Assembly (NCBI RefSeq): GCF_964355755.1
Contig: NC_092679.1
Span: 22,613,432 to 22,677,431, forward strand
Origin: Antedon mediterranea
Lineage: Eukaryota > Animalia > Echinodermata
Reading direction: 5' to 3'
DNA length: 64,000 nucleotides
In this document: positions 13,322 to 25,252 of the stretch, in pieces
Position numbering within the stretch: the first letter of the stretch is position 1
Layout of the letters: each line of letters opens with the position of its first letter
The notes under the pieces: generated by a model
Seen by the model: only the letters and a program-made list of their open reading frames with translations
Told to the model about the DNA's origin: nothing
The model's database searches: none
Program-made: the position numbers and the translations under genes

Positions 13322-13822
13322 AGGGAGGTTTCGCAATCTTACGAATACGATAACAAAAACGGATACGTCACACACACACGTATTCGTTTTCGTAAGCCAT
13401 AAAAAATCTGTTTCGCATGGCAACGAAATATTGAGGCGCGTCCAAAATATGACTGCGGTAAATTTGAGCGAAGCGCAGGTACGTGTTGCTTGGCTGCCTA
13501 GGCCTAGCGTAGCATCAAAGCAAGTGAGGACTTTAAAAACTGCTATTTATCAAAATTGACTTGCAATTTTAGTAAATTACTTTAGTAAATTACTTTCAAT
13601 AAATCTATAATTATATTATAATCATGAATCATTCCTGATTCAAATGCAAAATGTGCAAATAGATCAAAAACTATTCTCGTTTTGTAGTTACGAATATGAC
13701 TGGTGATATTCGTCAACATGAATACGCTTTACGAATATGAAATGGGGATCAGCTCAAAAGTTTCACAAATGTATGACGTATCCGTTTTTGTTATCGTATT
13801 CGTAAGGTTGCGAAACCTCCCT
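13322..13822. mobile_element. MITE with ~50-bp TIRs (Harbinger/ISL2EU-like)
   Basis: AGGGAGGTTTCGCAA(T/C)CTTACGAATACGATAACAAAAACGGATACGTCA inverted at both ends. ATT (or TA) is duplicated at the flanks. Confidence 0.85.
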
Positions 13823-14950
13823 ATTGCTGGGAGATTTACAGTTCTGTTCTTTCCTTTTAAGATTCAATTTAATTTTACAAAACAAACAATAACACATACA
13901 TCACACATGCTAGACCCGGGGGACTAAATCGATTTTGATGGGAGGTCCCAGCCTTAAAAAAAAAAAAGATATTTAAATTTGTATTAAACAGGTAAACTGT
14001 GAATGCAAGAGTTTTAAATAAAATTGAAACTTCAGCAGGAAACAAAGAAACACAATCAAATAACAAAAAAACATTCCTGTATTGAAACAGATAAAATTTA
14101 GGTAAAAAAAACCCCAAAAACATTGGCTGTTTAAAACTAGTGGCCAAATTTACGGCCGGTGCATTTATTCAAGGGAGGAGGTAGCGATTTGAATAGATAG
14201 TTAATTTTAATGACATTTTAGAATTATTTAAAAATTGTTCTAGATTACTATGCATGTAAAGAGTTTAATGGAAACAAATTATCAATCTTTTGAAGTTAAA
14301 AAATGTAAACAGAAGAATACTTGTAAATTTAAGTTTCACTGTAGTTAGTTTGGTTAGGATTATCAATAGAACCTGTCTGCCATTCAATAGAACCTGTCTG
14401 CCATTGCTTATTATAAAATATCTGTATTATATAGTAAGCATAGTGAGCTGGAACTCAATTTAGTAGTATTGAAATGTATACCATACCTGGTGTCCAACCT
14501 AATTCTAGACATATCATATGTGTCCAGTAAGAAAATAAACAATTTGAATCCCCCCTCCCCCCAAAAAACCCACCCCAAACCAATTTTTACTGTAGCTCTA
14601 GGGCTATTTAATAGGAATGTGTCTATTTTATAATATTTTATGTCCCCATTTGCTTTGTTTTAATAGAAGGTATTTTCATATATTACAAAAAAATTGTAGA
14701 CTTTAAACTTTCACATATTGCACAGAATGGGGATGGTAATTTGATTTGTGGACAGGATTCATTTAAATAAATTGTCAAAAAGTATTTTGTATAATTGAAA
14801 TAAATTTAGGAGAATCGAAATTGATATATGAGTTTATTCTTATCAATACTGCACAGTAAACCACTGTAGTCCTGTAAATATCTGTGTTGCATACCAAACA
14901 AAACAACACCACCACGTGCTTGTGTTATTGTTTTTACCCAGGTCAGCTTA

Positions 14951-14982
14951 TGACGTCATTAACCTTTAAACAAGTTTCGCGC
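14951..14982 (+). promoter_or_regulatory. CRE (TGACGTCA) and E2F-like (TTTCGCGC) sites in the RNASEH2C proximal promoter
   Basis: TGACGTCA at 14951 and TTTCGCGC at 14975, in a CpG-rich patch about 100 bp upstream of the ATG. Function is inferred. Confidence 0.4.
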
Positions 14983-15067
14983 GGATTTTTTTTTATTTCT
15001 CGCGATCGACTCGCTTTACTTCTGACTACAGGGTTTTACGTTTAATAAACTAAATAATAGTATTACT

Positions 15068-16369
15068 ATGTCAATTTATATTGATTCAAAACGACTGGCA
15101 AACTTGCCCGCTACCGATATTCATTTGCTACCTTGTGAAATTTGTCACAATGGAGATGGAAACGTGTCTACGTATTTTAAAGCTAGCCCTGTTCAGCCGT
15201 CAACTCGATATGTGAACAACACCACTGGAGCCGTTGAAACCGTCAGCTCGCCACCTGCATCATCGCCTAGCCCTAATCTCGACTACAGTGGTAAGTTAAG
15301 CCTGGGCCTAGCATAAATTCGTTGTATTCATACGACTGATTGCATGCACTACGACTGGTGATTTTTTTGTATAAATGAAATTAAATAAATTTTTTAAAAT
15401 TATAATTTATAAATAATTAATGAAAGTAGAAATATATGCCTACGTTTTTTATTTTGTTTGTGGCTCAGTCTACTAGTAGAGGATACTGTACTGTACACTG
15501 TACTGTTGTCAAATCTTCTGCCTGGTTTAGTTGGTTACTAAAATACAGCTATGTATGGTAAATTGCTAAGAATATAATACTAATTGCAATCGCTAACAAA
15601 AATGAGGGAAGTAAATAAATTATTTTCACTTTTCTTTGAAATTAACAGTTTCATCTTTTAGAGGACGCCCTCTCTGTGGAAAACGAATAGAAGTTCTAGA
15701 TGGCTATAAAGGTATACTTGTGAGAAACTAAAAAACTAAAAGATTATTATTTCCCCCGTACAGAATGTGTATTCTGTATTTTAATATATTGATCTTAAAA
15801 ATGCTTTCCATTTCTTGTATTTTTAGGTGTTGTACTAAAGGAATCAAATAAGCCATTTTCAGAAGATGAGGTAAGATTGAAAAGTTCCAGTGGGGGGGGG
15901 GGGGGGTTCGGTTCCTTTAGTCGAGTTGTTTCTCATTCCAGATTGACATAAAACTACCCTATTTGTTTACTTTCTACAGGACAGAGTACTCAGTGTTGAG
16001 AAGAGGTTTGATAGTCTGATGTATTGGAAGTTGGATGGTGAGCCATCAAGTAATGATGTATTTATCAAAGCATTAGATTGGATTGATATTGCAGAATCTG
16101 TAAGTACATTACAATATAATTATTATATAACACCTAAATAAAATCATGTCATTTCATTAGACAATTGTGGGTCACATGCTATGCAATATTATGCATTATT
16201 TAATGATCTTTAAAGAGTACTTCTTAATTTTTTATATATTTTTATGTCTAGATCCAAAAAAAAAGACGATTTAATGAATTTATATACCGGTATTAATATT
16301 TTGCAGATTCATGGATATGCTGCATCTGAAGAACCCGAGACACCTTCAAGTGTTGATGGGCTCAGGTGA
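15068..16369 (+). CDS. RNASEH2C: Ribonuclease H2 subunit C (170 aa)
   Basis: Exons 15068-15290, 15649-15711, 15827-15870, 15980-16099, 16307-16369. Motifs HLLPCEI.HNG...VSTYF, SFRGRPLCG, GYKGVVLKE, YWKLD..PS.ND..IKALDWIDIAESIH. Confidence 0.92.
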
Positions 16370-17490
16370 TGTCATCAACTATATTTAAAAAATTGAGCAA
16401 AGTGGGTCTAAATCACAAGTTTCAGTTCAAACCATCATTGTAAATTTGGTTGTATTTGATACAAACCATTTATGGCCTCCAGATTACATTTATAGTACAT
16501 TTGTATTGTCATTAACAGTAAATCAATATTGGTTCCTAGGCATCATCCCTGTCCCATATTTAACTTTAAATTTAGTCATTGTATTCATTTTTTGGTCCCT
16601 GGATTACCATTTCTAATCCCTGGATCCTATTTTTGGACCCTGGATTTCTAACCACTATTGCCACATATCAGAAAAATCCGATAGTAGAATGAAATTCTAA
16701 GCTAATTCTAAAGAAATATTTAAGGCTATGTTTTTTTTATATAAATATTGAATAAAATATAACAAACCAATTTTTGAAAAATTATTTATTTATTAAATCT
16801 CAAATAATAAAACTCTCTTTACACAATTTGATGCCAGCATACAATCTTCTCTAAAATGGTAACTTACTTTTAAACTTGGGTAGAAATCCAACTCTGGTAT
16901 ATCAATAATAATAATTAATCTGTACATACAATGCATTCTTTCATAAATAAATGTTTGAAATTTTGTGCAATCTTTTCTAGTTATTATTTACTACTGTTGT
17001 ATATCATTGTGAACTTTATGTTAACTAGTATACATTTAGCAATTCTAGTTATTATTTACTATATCAATACTACATTAAACTAATGTACAATTGGCAATTT
17101 TCCTATTTGGTTCAGTCCTGCAGGGTCTGACTTGATGTATGGATTGGAAATGTCATTAATGTTATTAGTACTGTACTGAAATCATATGTTATTAGCTGTG
17201 TGACTTATACATAATTCACCATGTAATGTAACATGCATATAAGTGTAGGTTTCTGAAAAAATATTGGCAAATCCTTAAAGAAATAACTTCAATCAAAGAA
17301 TAACATAACAAGTTTAAAAAAAAGTGGAACATTAACAAGAACTCTATTATAGAACCACCTGCTCTACATCCACACCGGAGGTTAAGCATCTTGCAAGCTC
17401 TTCTCATTGTTACCAAGGTGTTCTACATTCCAAAATCTATGACATCATCACTGGAGAATGGAGGAACAGCGCAGTACCAGGTGCATCACA

Positions 17491-17911
17491 TTAAGCTAAG
17501 AATTCAAGTGGGGTGTACACATTGTCTCCAACATACTCGGCAATGTCTTGGCTTCCTGTAAACGCAAGCAAAATTATACTATAATTCACCAAATTTACGT
17601 GTCTGTCTGGCTTTATTCAGGCTTAAAAAATCGGCCCTCATGAGTGACACTCACGCATTATGCGTGAGAGTTGGCAGGTATACAGATGTAAACTTACGGA
17701 TTTTTCGTTCCTCTAGAGTTTCTTCAGTTTGTTTGGGCTTTTCTCCTAATTCTTTAAAGCGATCAGTAATACTGACTTCTCTTGTCTTATAATACAAAAA
17801 AAGAAGTCCTAAAGTTGTCCACACACCAGTAGCATATGCAATTGACAGTCTTTTTTTTAAGAGCCTCGGCTCTTGCTTTAGGACCATGTCTTTTAATCGT
17901 CTGATTACCAT
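17491..17911 (-). CDS. SMIM26: SMIM26-like single-pass mitochondrial microprotein (92 aa)
   Basis: Coding exons 17911-17698 and 17555-17491; a probable 5'UTR exon ends at 19473 (donor), with acceptor about 17927. KRLSIAYATGVWTTLGLLFLYY matches my recollection of the human SMIM26 TM (RRMSVVYGIGTWSVLGSLLYY). Confidence 0.72.
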
Positions 17912-17974
17912 CCTGTTTTACAATATCTGAAATATAGAATATTTATTACTATTGTATTATTTGAATAAACATTT

Positions 17975-18281
17975 GTTTATTTATACTGGGTAACCTCTTC
18001 AGTTAAAGAAGAGGGCCCAGTTATGATCAGTGGCTGTGATTTACTAGTACACCAGGGCAACCTCCTACTCATCTCGAAAGGTACTAGGCCTAGGTTCTTT
18101 AAAGTGCACATGAGCTAGATAGTGTACACTGGACTTACAGTTTATAGTCCGTATCCGAGAAGACTCGTTCTACCACCAGAACCATGGAGCGAGTGAGCCT
18201 TGAACCCTTGCCGATGTAATAATGGATACCTACGTAATTACATTTGTACTGTCTTAAATTAACCGCTCAACCACTCACTCA
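17975..18281 (-). mobile_element. tRNA-derived SINE with Deu-like domain
   Basis: Minus strand has a head with A box (tggttgagcgg) and B box (gggttcaaggc), then gtcttctcggatacggactataaac...gcactttaaagaacc...tttcgagatgagtagg. A second copy lies at 63745-63968. Confidence 0.75.
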
Positions 18282-18591
18282 AAAAGAACATCGTTTGGAA
18301 TAAACCCCTGCATACATGCCAACTTGACTAACCCGTACGCAAATATATGAATAGCCTACTCCCTCTACTTACTACCTAGAGAAGGCCTAGAGGGGCCCAT
18401 CATCTAGCCTACCCTAGCTAGTCCTACTGACACTCACTGACTAGGCCCTCCAGCTAGCAAGCTAGGCTAGTCTTACCAATCAAGCTTTTAGGCTAGTGTA
18501 GCCTAGCTTAGGCCTACTAGCTAGTTAGTAGTAGTAGTAGTACACAGTAGTATAGTATTAGTAGTATGCCTAGCTAGTAGTACAGTATAAC

Positions 18592-19390
18592 TGTTATGCG
18601 CGATTTGAACGATTTGCGCAATTTGAAATTGCGCAAAAAAATCCTTGCGCAATTTGAAATTGCGCAAAGAATTCTTGCGCAATTTTAAATTGTGCAAGGA
18701 TTTTTTTGCGCAATTTCAAATTGCGCAATCAACTTGCGCAATTTCAAATTGCGCAAGAAAATCTTTGCGCAATTTTAAATTGCGCTGCACAATTTGTAAA
18801 TTGCGCAAGATAGTTCTTGCGCAATATGACACCTTTGCGCAATTTGAAAACGAACTGTAAATTTTCCCATACATGGCTAGGCTAGGCCTAGGCAGAGGAG
18901 TTTAAAATTTAGTATTTTATTATATAAATAAGACCATTTCAATGAAGATAATGTTTAATACTCACTTTTTAAGTTTTTAATATTAGTTTAAGCTAGGCCA
19001 TGTAACCTAGTCAGTATCAGTAGTCCAGACCCTAGCTAGGCTAGAGTAGTATAGCCGGCCGCCCGCGCCGCGCCCGCCTGGTGGAACACCACCGCTTCGT
19101 TTTCCTTCGTCGGTTCTTCGACGGTATGCTAACTTATAACAATATTTGCACTACTAAAATAAGGAAATGCGATATTTATCTTTAATTTTGAATCATTCTT
19201 AGAAATTACTATAAAAATATGGGTGTGCATGATTTCACAATCTGTCGAAAAACCTTGCGCAATTTGCAGATTACTTGCGCAATTTAATACGTTGCTTGCG
19301 CAATTTGAAACACATGTTTCAATTCAAATTGCGCAAGGATTTTTTTTGCGCAATTTCAAATTGCGCAAATCGTTCAAATCGCGCATAACA
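18592..19390. mobile_element. Non-autonomous DNA transposon, TGT...ACA ends, 4-bp TSD (Ginger-like)
   Basis: TGTTATGCGCGATTTGAACGATTTGCGCAATTTGAAATTGCGCAA inverted at both ends; TAAC duplicated at 18588-18591 and 19391-19394. Confidence 0.85.
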
Positions 19391-19472
19391 TAACAATAAT
19401 CATCTTTATTTGTCTAGCCTAGCCTAGGCTACTAGCCTAGGCCAATATGTAAGATTTATTTATTTAGCTTAC

Positions 19473-19806
19473 TTGTTTCATTTTTTAAAAATGGAATCGA
19501 AAATTAGGAAGCAGCAGCAGCAGCAGGAACCTCCTTCACACTTGGCCTAAGCCTAGCCTAGCACAGCCAGCCGGGGAGAGAGAGAGGAGGGGGATGAGTT
19601 CATATTGAAATACAGATTTATTGCATTGATGGCGCACATGCATGCAGCATGCATGCTCGTGACGTATGTACCACCGCCTCTCTCGCCCTCCTTCACAACA
19701 TTAAACAATGTTATCTCCGTGATTATTTATAAATAAAGCCTTTGTGATGTTGGAAGGTTCCCATTAACAAAACAAAATGAAGACCCGACATGAAGGCTAT
19801 AAGAAG
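19473..19806. promoter_or_regulatory. Putative bidirectional promoter shared by the SMIM26-like (-) and senju-like (+) genes
   Basis: Divergent donor sites (minus strand at 19472, plus strand at 19807) flank a short GC/CpG-richer segment with gcgcacatgcatgc and tgacgt motifs. Exon status is inferred. Confidence 0.45.
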
Positions 19807-20025
19807 GTACAAATCTACACCGTCTACAGTAATCATTTCGTTCAATTGGTTCAAAAAGGGGTTAGCTAGGGCATAGAGATATTATAGTGAATATCTCTAT
19901 GGCTAGGGCTAGGCCTAGGACTATCTACTGCAAGAGACCTGGCGGCCATGCCAAGTGCTTCACTGTTTGTTTGTTTGTTTGTTTTTTTATCTTCTTTATC
20001 TCACTAGGCCTACGTTAACTATCAC

Positions 20026-22058
20026 GGATGCTAGTCAAGTCGCCCCATCGCAAAGTCGCCCCATACAAAGTCGCCCCATACAAAGTCGCCCCTTACACAG
20101 TCGCCCCATCGCAAAGTCGCCCCAAAACAAAGTCGCCCCATCGCAAAGTCGCCCCATCGCAAAGTCGCCCCAACGTAAAGTCGCCCCATCGCAAAGTCGC
20201 CCCAAAACGTTAAAACAGTTTACAAGTGCGTAAAATGTCGCAATGATACACAAAATAACACGGAACGTGTAGGCATAAAATGGGAAGCCAGCCCGCCATG
20301 TAGTCTCAGGTTACACGATCGGCACGCTACCCCATCATCAGCAGAGAGGAAGCCCCCGACTAATCACTCCGCGGTCGCACTGAGCTCACCAGAAGGAAAC
20401 CCCCGTAATTACTCAGCCGTTGTCGCACTATACAACGCACCCTCTGAAGATGGGGAAACCCCACCGGAGTTTTACGATGACATCAGTCGCGTCGCGTTTG
20501 AAATCGGTCGTGTTTAATTTTGGTCGCGATAAAATGATGTTACGATCTAGATTATTTTTACTTTGGTCGATGAATATTTATTATTATTATTAGGGCTATA
20601 TTATTATTAATAATTGATTTTTTTTTTATTTTTACAGGTTTACAGTATGATGAGAAAGATGTGTGCCTTAAAAAATGACAATTTGTAAACCTAGTTTAAG
20701 ATTATAGTATTATTCGGCATAAATGTCATTTAACAGTACATAATTATTTAAATGTGAAATATTTGATAGGGAACGTAGGCTACGTCTGTGTCTTTTATTT
20801 TATATGCAACAAATTACATAAAACAATTTATTTCTAAACATTCAGTTTACTATTAGTATTAAAATTAACATAATTGATTATAAGCCTGGAAAGGCAATCC
20901 CATCATTATATCCATTATAAAATTGCAACAAATAACCACTTATGTCGTAAATTATGACGGCGTGCGTGTGTGTATTCGTCGTACGTCCGTGTACGTATTA
21001 TTCCGTGCCTCTTCACTGTCTTGTTTAATTTAAAATTAAATAAACACCCGATATGAGGATATTTAGGCATGATAATTACTGTAGAATGTTCTATAACCAC
21101 AAGGGTTGAAAAGAATTTCTTCAGTAAAATGATCACTGTCTGTCTCGCAATCGGAAACCAATCGGAGCTGCGCCTTCTGGTATCTGTTTTCTCACAGCTG
21201 CTACGTCTTTCTGCTGACCGTCGGGGATTCCCCTTTTTAAAAAACACGCCTACGATGGTTTTTCCATGGTCAAAATGTAGCGTTTTAATTTTGCTAAAAT
21301 ACCTGGATGTATAAAACGATCATATCGGCGATGAAATCCTTTTTTTTTTGAGTATTTTTTATTTCTTCATTTCTAACAATAGACACATAACTTGTCAATA
21401 AATGCAAAATGATCAATAAGTAGCCTATAACACTTACAACGCTGTTATTGTTTTAACTAATCTATACGAAAGCCTACTACACATTTATACATTTATTATA
21501 TTATCCTAAAAAATGAGCTGGTATCCACGCGTAGGTTCAATTGAAGAAAGATTCGTAATTGTGGCTCTGCTAACTAATTTTAAAATCATATTAAATTAAC
21601 ATTTTCGAAACTATAAATCAGGGATAATCTTATTAGAACTTTCAAACAAGGAACTATTTTTTTAATGATTTTTAAAAAGCACATCACTCCATTAAAACCT
21701 GTAAAATAAAAATTAAACCACAAATTATGTATATAATAGGATAAACATTATAATGTATACGACATTTAGTGCGACCAAAGTAACAACACGATCAATGTCA
21801 AACGCAACCGATATGATTAAAACAGCGTACTAACTACCAAAATAAAACCGTGGGCGACTTTGCGATGGGACGACTTTGCGTTTTGGCGACTTTGCGATTG
21901 GGCGACTTTGCGATGGGGCGACTTTGCGATGGGGCGACTTTGTGATGGGCGACTTTGCGATGGGGCAACTGTGCCGGGGCGACTTTGTTATGGGGCGACT
22001 TTGTATGGGGCGACTTTGTATGGGGCGACTTTGGGATGGGGCGACTTGACTGGATCCC
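20026..22058. mobile_element. MULE/foldback-type non-autonomous transposon with tandem subterminal repeats
   Basis: GGATGCTAGTCAAGTCGCCCC ... GGGGCGACTTGACTGGATCCC. Arrays of aaagtcgccccat(cgc) 15-17-mers at 20036-20203 and, inverted, at 21852-22049. ACTATCAC duplicated on both flanks. Confidence 0.85.
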
Positions 22059-23046
22059 ACTATCACTACTACTACCCCTCTACATTTGTAGTAGCATTAA
22101 CTACTAGGCTGTATGACTAGTATAATTAGAGAGCAATTAGTGGTGTTGGGAGTAAAGTTTTAGTTCATATCTGGTTTACGATATCGACCACGTTTGAAGT
22201 TTTATTTTGGTCCGGATAAAATCAAGTTCCCCATCTTTTTTACAAATAAATTGTTCAATTTAACGATATGTCCAGTGGCTCCCATTTAAATTATTTTTAA
22301 TCAGTTTATTGGGTAAATATATTTATAATTATTTTTAAAATTATGAATAGCATTATACTGTTAATTATTATGTGACATTAAAATAGCCTATTTATTTAAA
22401 TTTAAAAAAAAATGTTTCAGAATTATTTTTTCAGATGTACAATATCTTTATATTAATTATTATTTAGGCATAATAATAATAAGAATTAAAATAAAAAGAA
22501 GTCTTTTGTATAGCTCCTAACGAAAATAATTTTTCTCTTTTGTTGCAATGCAATTAATTTTAATAAATCCAATAATATCCAGCCACCAATGGTTATGGTA
22601 ATAATTTTATACAAAAATCAATATAAATTTTCTATTAAAATGCAATTTGTAAATCATTTCATTTTTTATCTGCCTTTTTCATATTAATTGCTTAACAGAT
22701 TTGAAGTTTATTGAAATTATAATTCAATTATTTAATTAATTATTTGATTGCTGCATATTCATATGAATTTTTTTATATGTGCATAACAATTTCTGACACA
22801 AAGATATCAGTATTGGAAAATGACTTATAGTTTGTAAGCTATTGGAAGCAGATTTATATGTGCATCTACTGCAGTCCTATAGACATATTTATTACATAAA
22901 AAAAAAAAAACATTTTGAGTAAGTACTAGATTTTAAATTATAATCATCTAATTCAATCAATTTAATATTATGATTTTATATTTTATTATATTTATAGGTT
23001 AATCTTTGATTGATATAATTTTGAGATCTGTTCAAAGTTGGTGAAG

Positions 23047-25252
23047 ATGTTTAAAGACAAGGATAGCATTGTGGTGTTTGTTCTCTACATTGTATTGTCT
23101 GTTAGCCAAGGTATTGTGTTTTTTTAAATTTATTTAAAACCCATTTCACACTAATTATTAATTTAATTATCTCACACAATTCATTATAACTTACTAGGTT
23201 TAAGCAATGTGAAAGGCCAATTTATGAACTAAACGGAAAATAATATATAATATCTTGCTTAAGGTTCTGTCTACATTATCAAACTTTATGTGACAAAAAA
23301 ATGTGCCCATTTGATGTCATATCACTACCATATTTGGGAATATCACTACCATATTTAAGCAAATCACTACCATTATTTAGGCACATCACACTTTTTTTGT
23401 CAAACCTGATAAATAGTTTTAGGATACAAGCATTGTGACTAGCGTTGGATTTAAACCCACGATCTGTTAAATGGAGTGTAATCAAATAATTTTATCGACT
23501 GTTATTTCACAGGTTTACTTGTTACTGCTACAAAGAATGCAAATGGCGGATATTCATTTAACTTTACTACTGTCGTCTTGATAATGGAGATCTGTAAGCT
23601 TCTTGTATCTATAATAGCGTTCTTAATGCAGTAAGTTTTTTTAAAAATATGAATATTATTTTGTTTATTGCCATACTTATGCATCCGTCAGCACAATAAT
23701 AAGTACAACAAACATAATTCTTTTTTTGTTTCTAGTAATTCCATTTTGTCATTGCAAAGAGAAGTTTTCAAGAACATTAAATGTAAGTTTATATTATATT
23801 TTGTAAATACTAAATTCTAGGTTAAGTCCCACTGTACTCATCCCCTAATCACCACATATGTAATATACATATTTGTAATATGATATTATGGTTATACTAT
23901 GATACAGCTGTCACATATGACACTGTATTCCATAATTTGCCTATGATACTGTAATATTCTGAATAAAGTTACCGATAAACGGCTTCCTTTAAGCTGCCTG
24001 GATTCGGTGAATATGTACCGAGGATTTAAATGATACAATTTTGGTGCGAACGATCCTATGCTGTACCATTGAACCAATTTTCCACGATATTTTACTCGGA
24101 CACAGCCAATATCCGCCAGAGCCTCCTGTCTAGCCAACATGGATTTTGGTAGATAATTTGAATAAAATTTTACTATAGAACAGTAGTAGTAGTAGTTGTA
24201 CAATATGTTTTTAAATGTATTTATTGCTATTTGTTAATTGTTAATGTTATTACGATAATTGTTCAGTATCGGTATTTTTTTGTTTGTTTTGTTTAGTTGC
24301 GCTGCTCTATGTATTCCCAGCTGCCCTCTACTGTTTGTACAACAACTTGCAGTTTGTAAACCTTGCGAACTTTGACCCCACCACGTATCACATTCTTCTA
24401 CAGTCTCGTATTGTTGTTACTGGATTTATCTATCAGGTCAGTATCATTATGTTTTGACATTTTTTTTTTTAACCTTTGACGTGACGTTTCGTTGACATGT
24501 TGTCAACTTCCTACTGATTGTTCAGTACAATCTTGAAAATCTAGAATGACGCAGGAGGGGGAAAGCGGAAACACACCATCGTTTTTAATTATATTTATCC
24601 ACCTTTTTTCTAGATTTTTTTTGCTGTTAACCTCAACATTAAACAATGGATATCTCTAATAATCCTAACTCTTGGTTGCATAATCAAACAAATCGACCTT
24701 CTCAACATCCAACAACTCTCCACATCTACGTCCAACATAAGCTACGCCATCCTTCTCGTCCTTGCGCAAGTAACATGCTCCTCGATAGCAAGTGTTTACA
24801 TTGAACTACTAATCAAAAGCAAAGACAAACAGGTTAATATATGGCTGCAGAACATCTTCATGTACACGGTCTCAATCTTCTGCAACTTGATTGTTCTCTG
24901 CTTCAGTGGTTCTCTTTCCGATATTATCTCCTTAGATAGCATCACCTCAATTTTTCAAATACCGGTGCTGTTAATTATCGCTAATTGGGTTGGGTTAGGC
25001 TTGATTACAAGTTTTTTTCTAAAGAACCTTAATTCAATTCTTAAAACATTTGCTAGTGGTCTTGATTTAGTATTTATAGCAATTCTGTCGAGTTTCTTTT
25101 TTTCCATTCCAATTACTGGTTTTACTGTTCTTTCGATTTTGGTGATAAGCTTGGCGTTCTGGATGTATTCAAAGAATCCAATTACGCGAAAGGAGACTGC
25201 TGTTGTCGCGGAGAAACTAAATTCAGTTAAAAATGGTGTAATCGATAGTTAA
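23047..25252 (+). CDS. senju: UDP-galactose transporter senju-like, SLC35A nucleotide-sugar transporter (335 aa)
   Basis: Exons 23047-23110, 23513-23630, 23736-23782, 24297-24436, 24614-25252. Motifs QGLLVTA...YSFNFTTVVLIMEICKL, PAALYCLYNNLQFVNLANFDPTTYHILLQSRIVVTG, QWISLIILTLGC, GLITSFFLKNLNSILKTFAS. Confidence 0.88.
23261..23412. mobile_element. MITE family A copy (reverse orientation)
   Basis: ttctgtctacattatcaaacttt...catatcactaccatatttggg repeats. Confidence 0.7.

Noticed and set aside
18645-22120. Repetitive ORFs (LRNFKL.., KVAPSQSRP.., WGDFAM..)
   Set aside because: They are translations of transposon subterminal repeats, open in several frames and on both strands.
23892-24203. 103-aa antisense ORF in a senju intron
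   Set aside because: No recognisable motif or splice context. It may be a decayed TE fragment, but I cannot support that.
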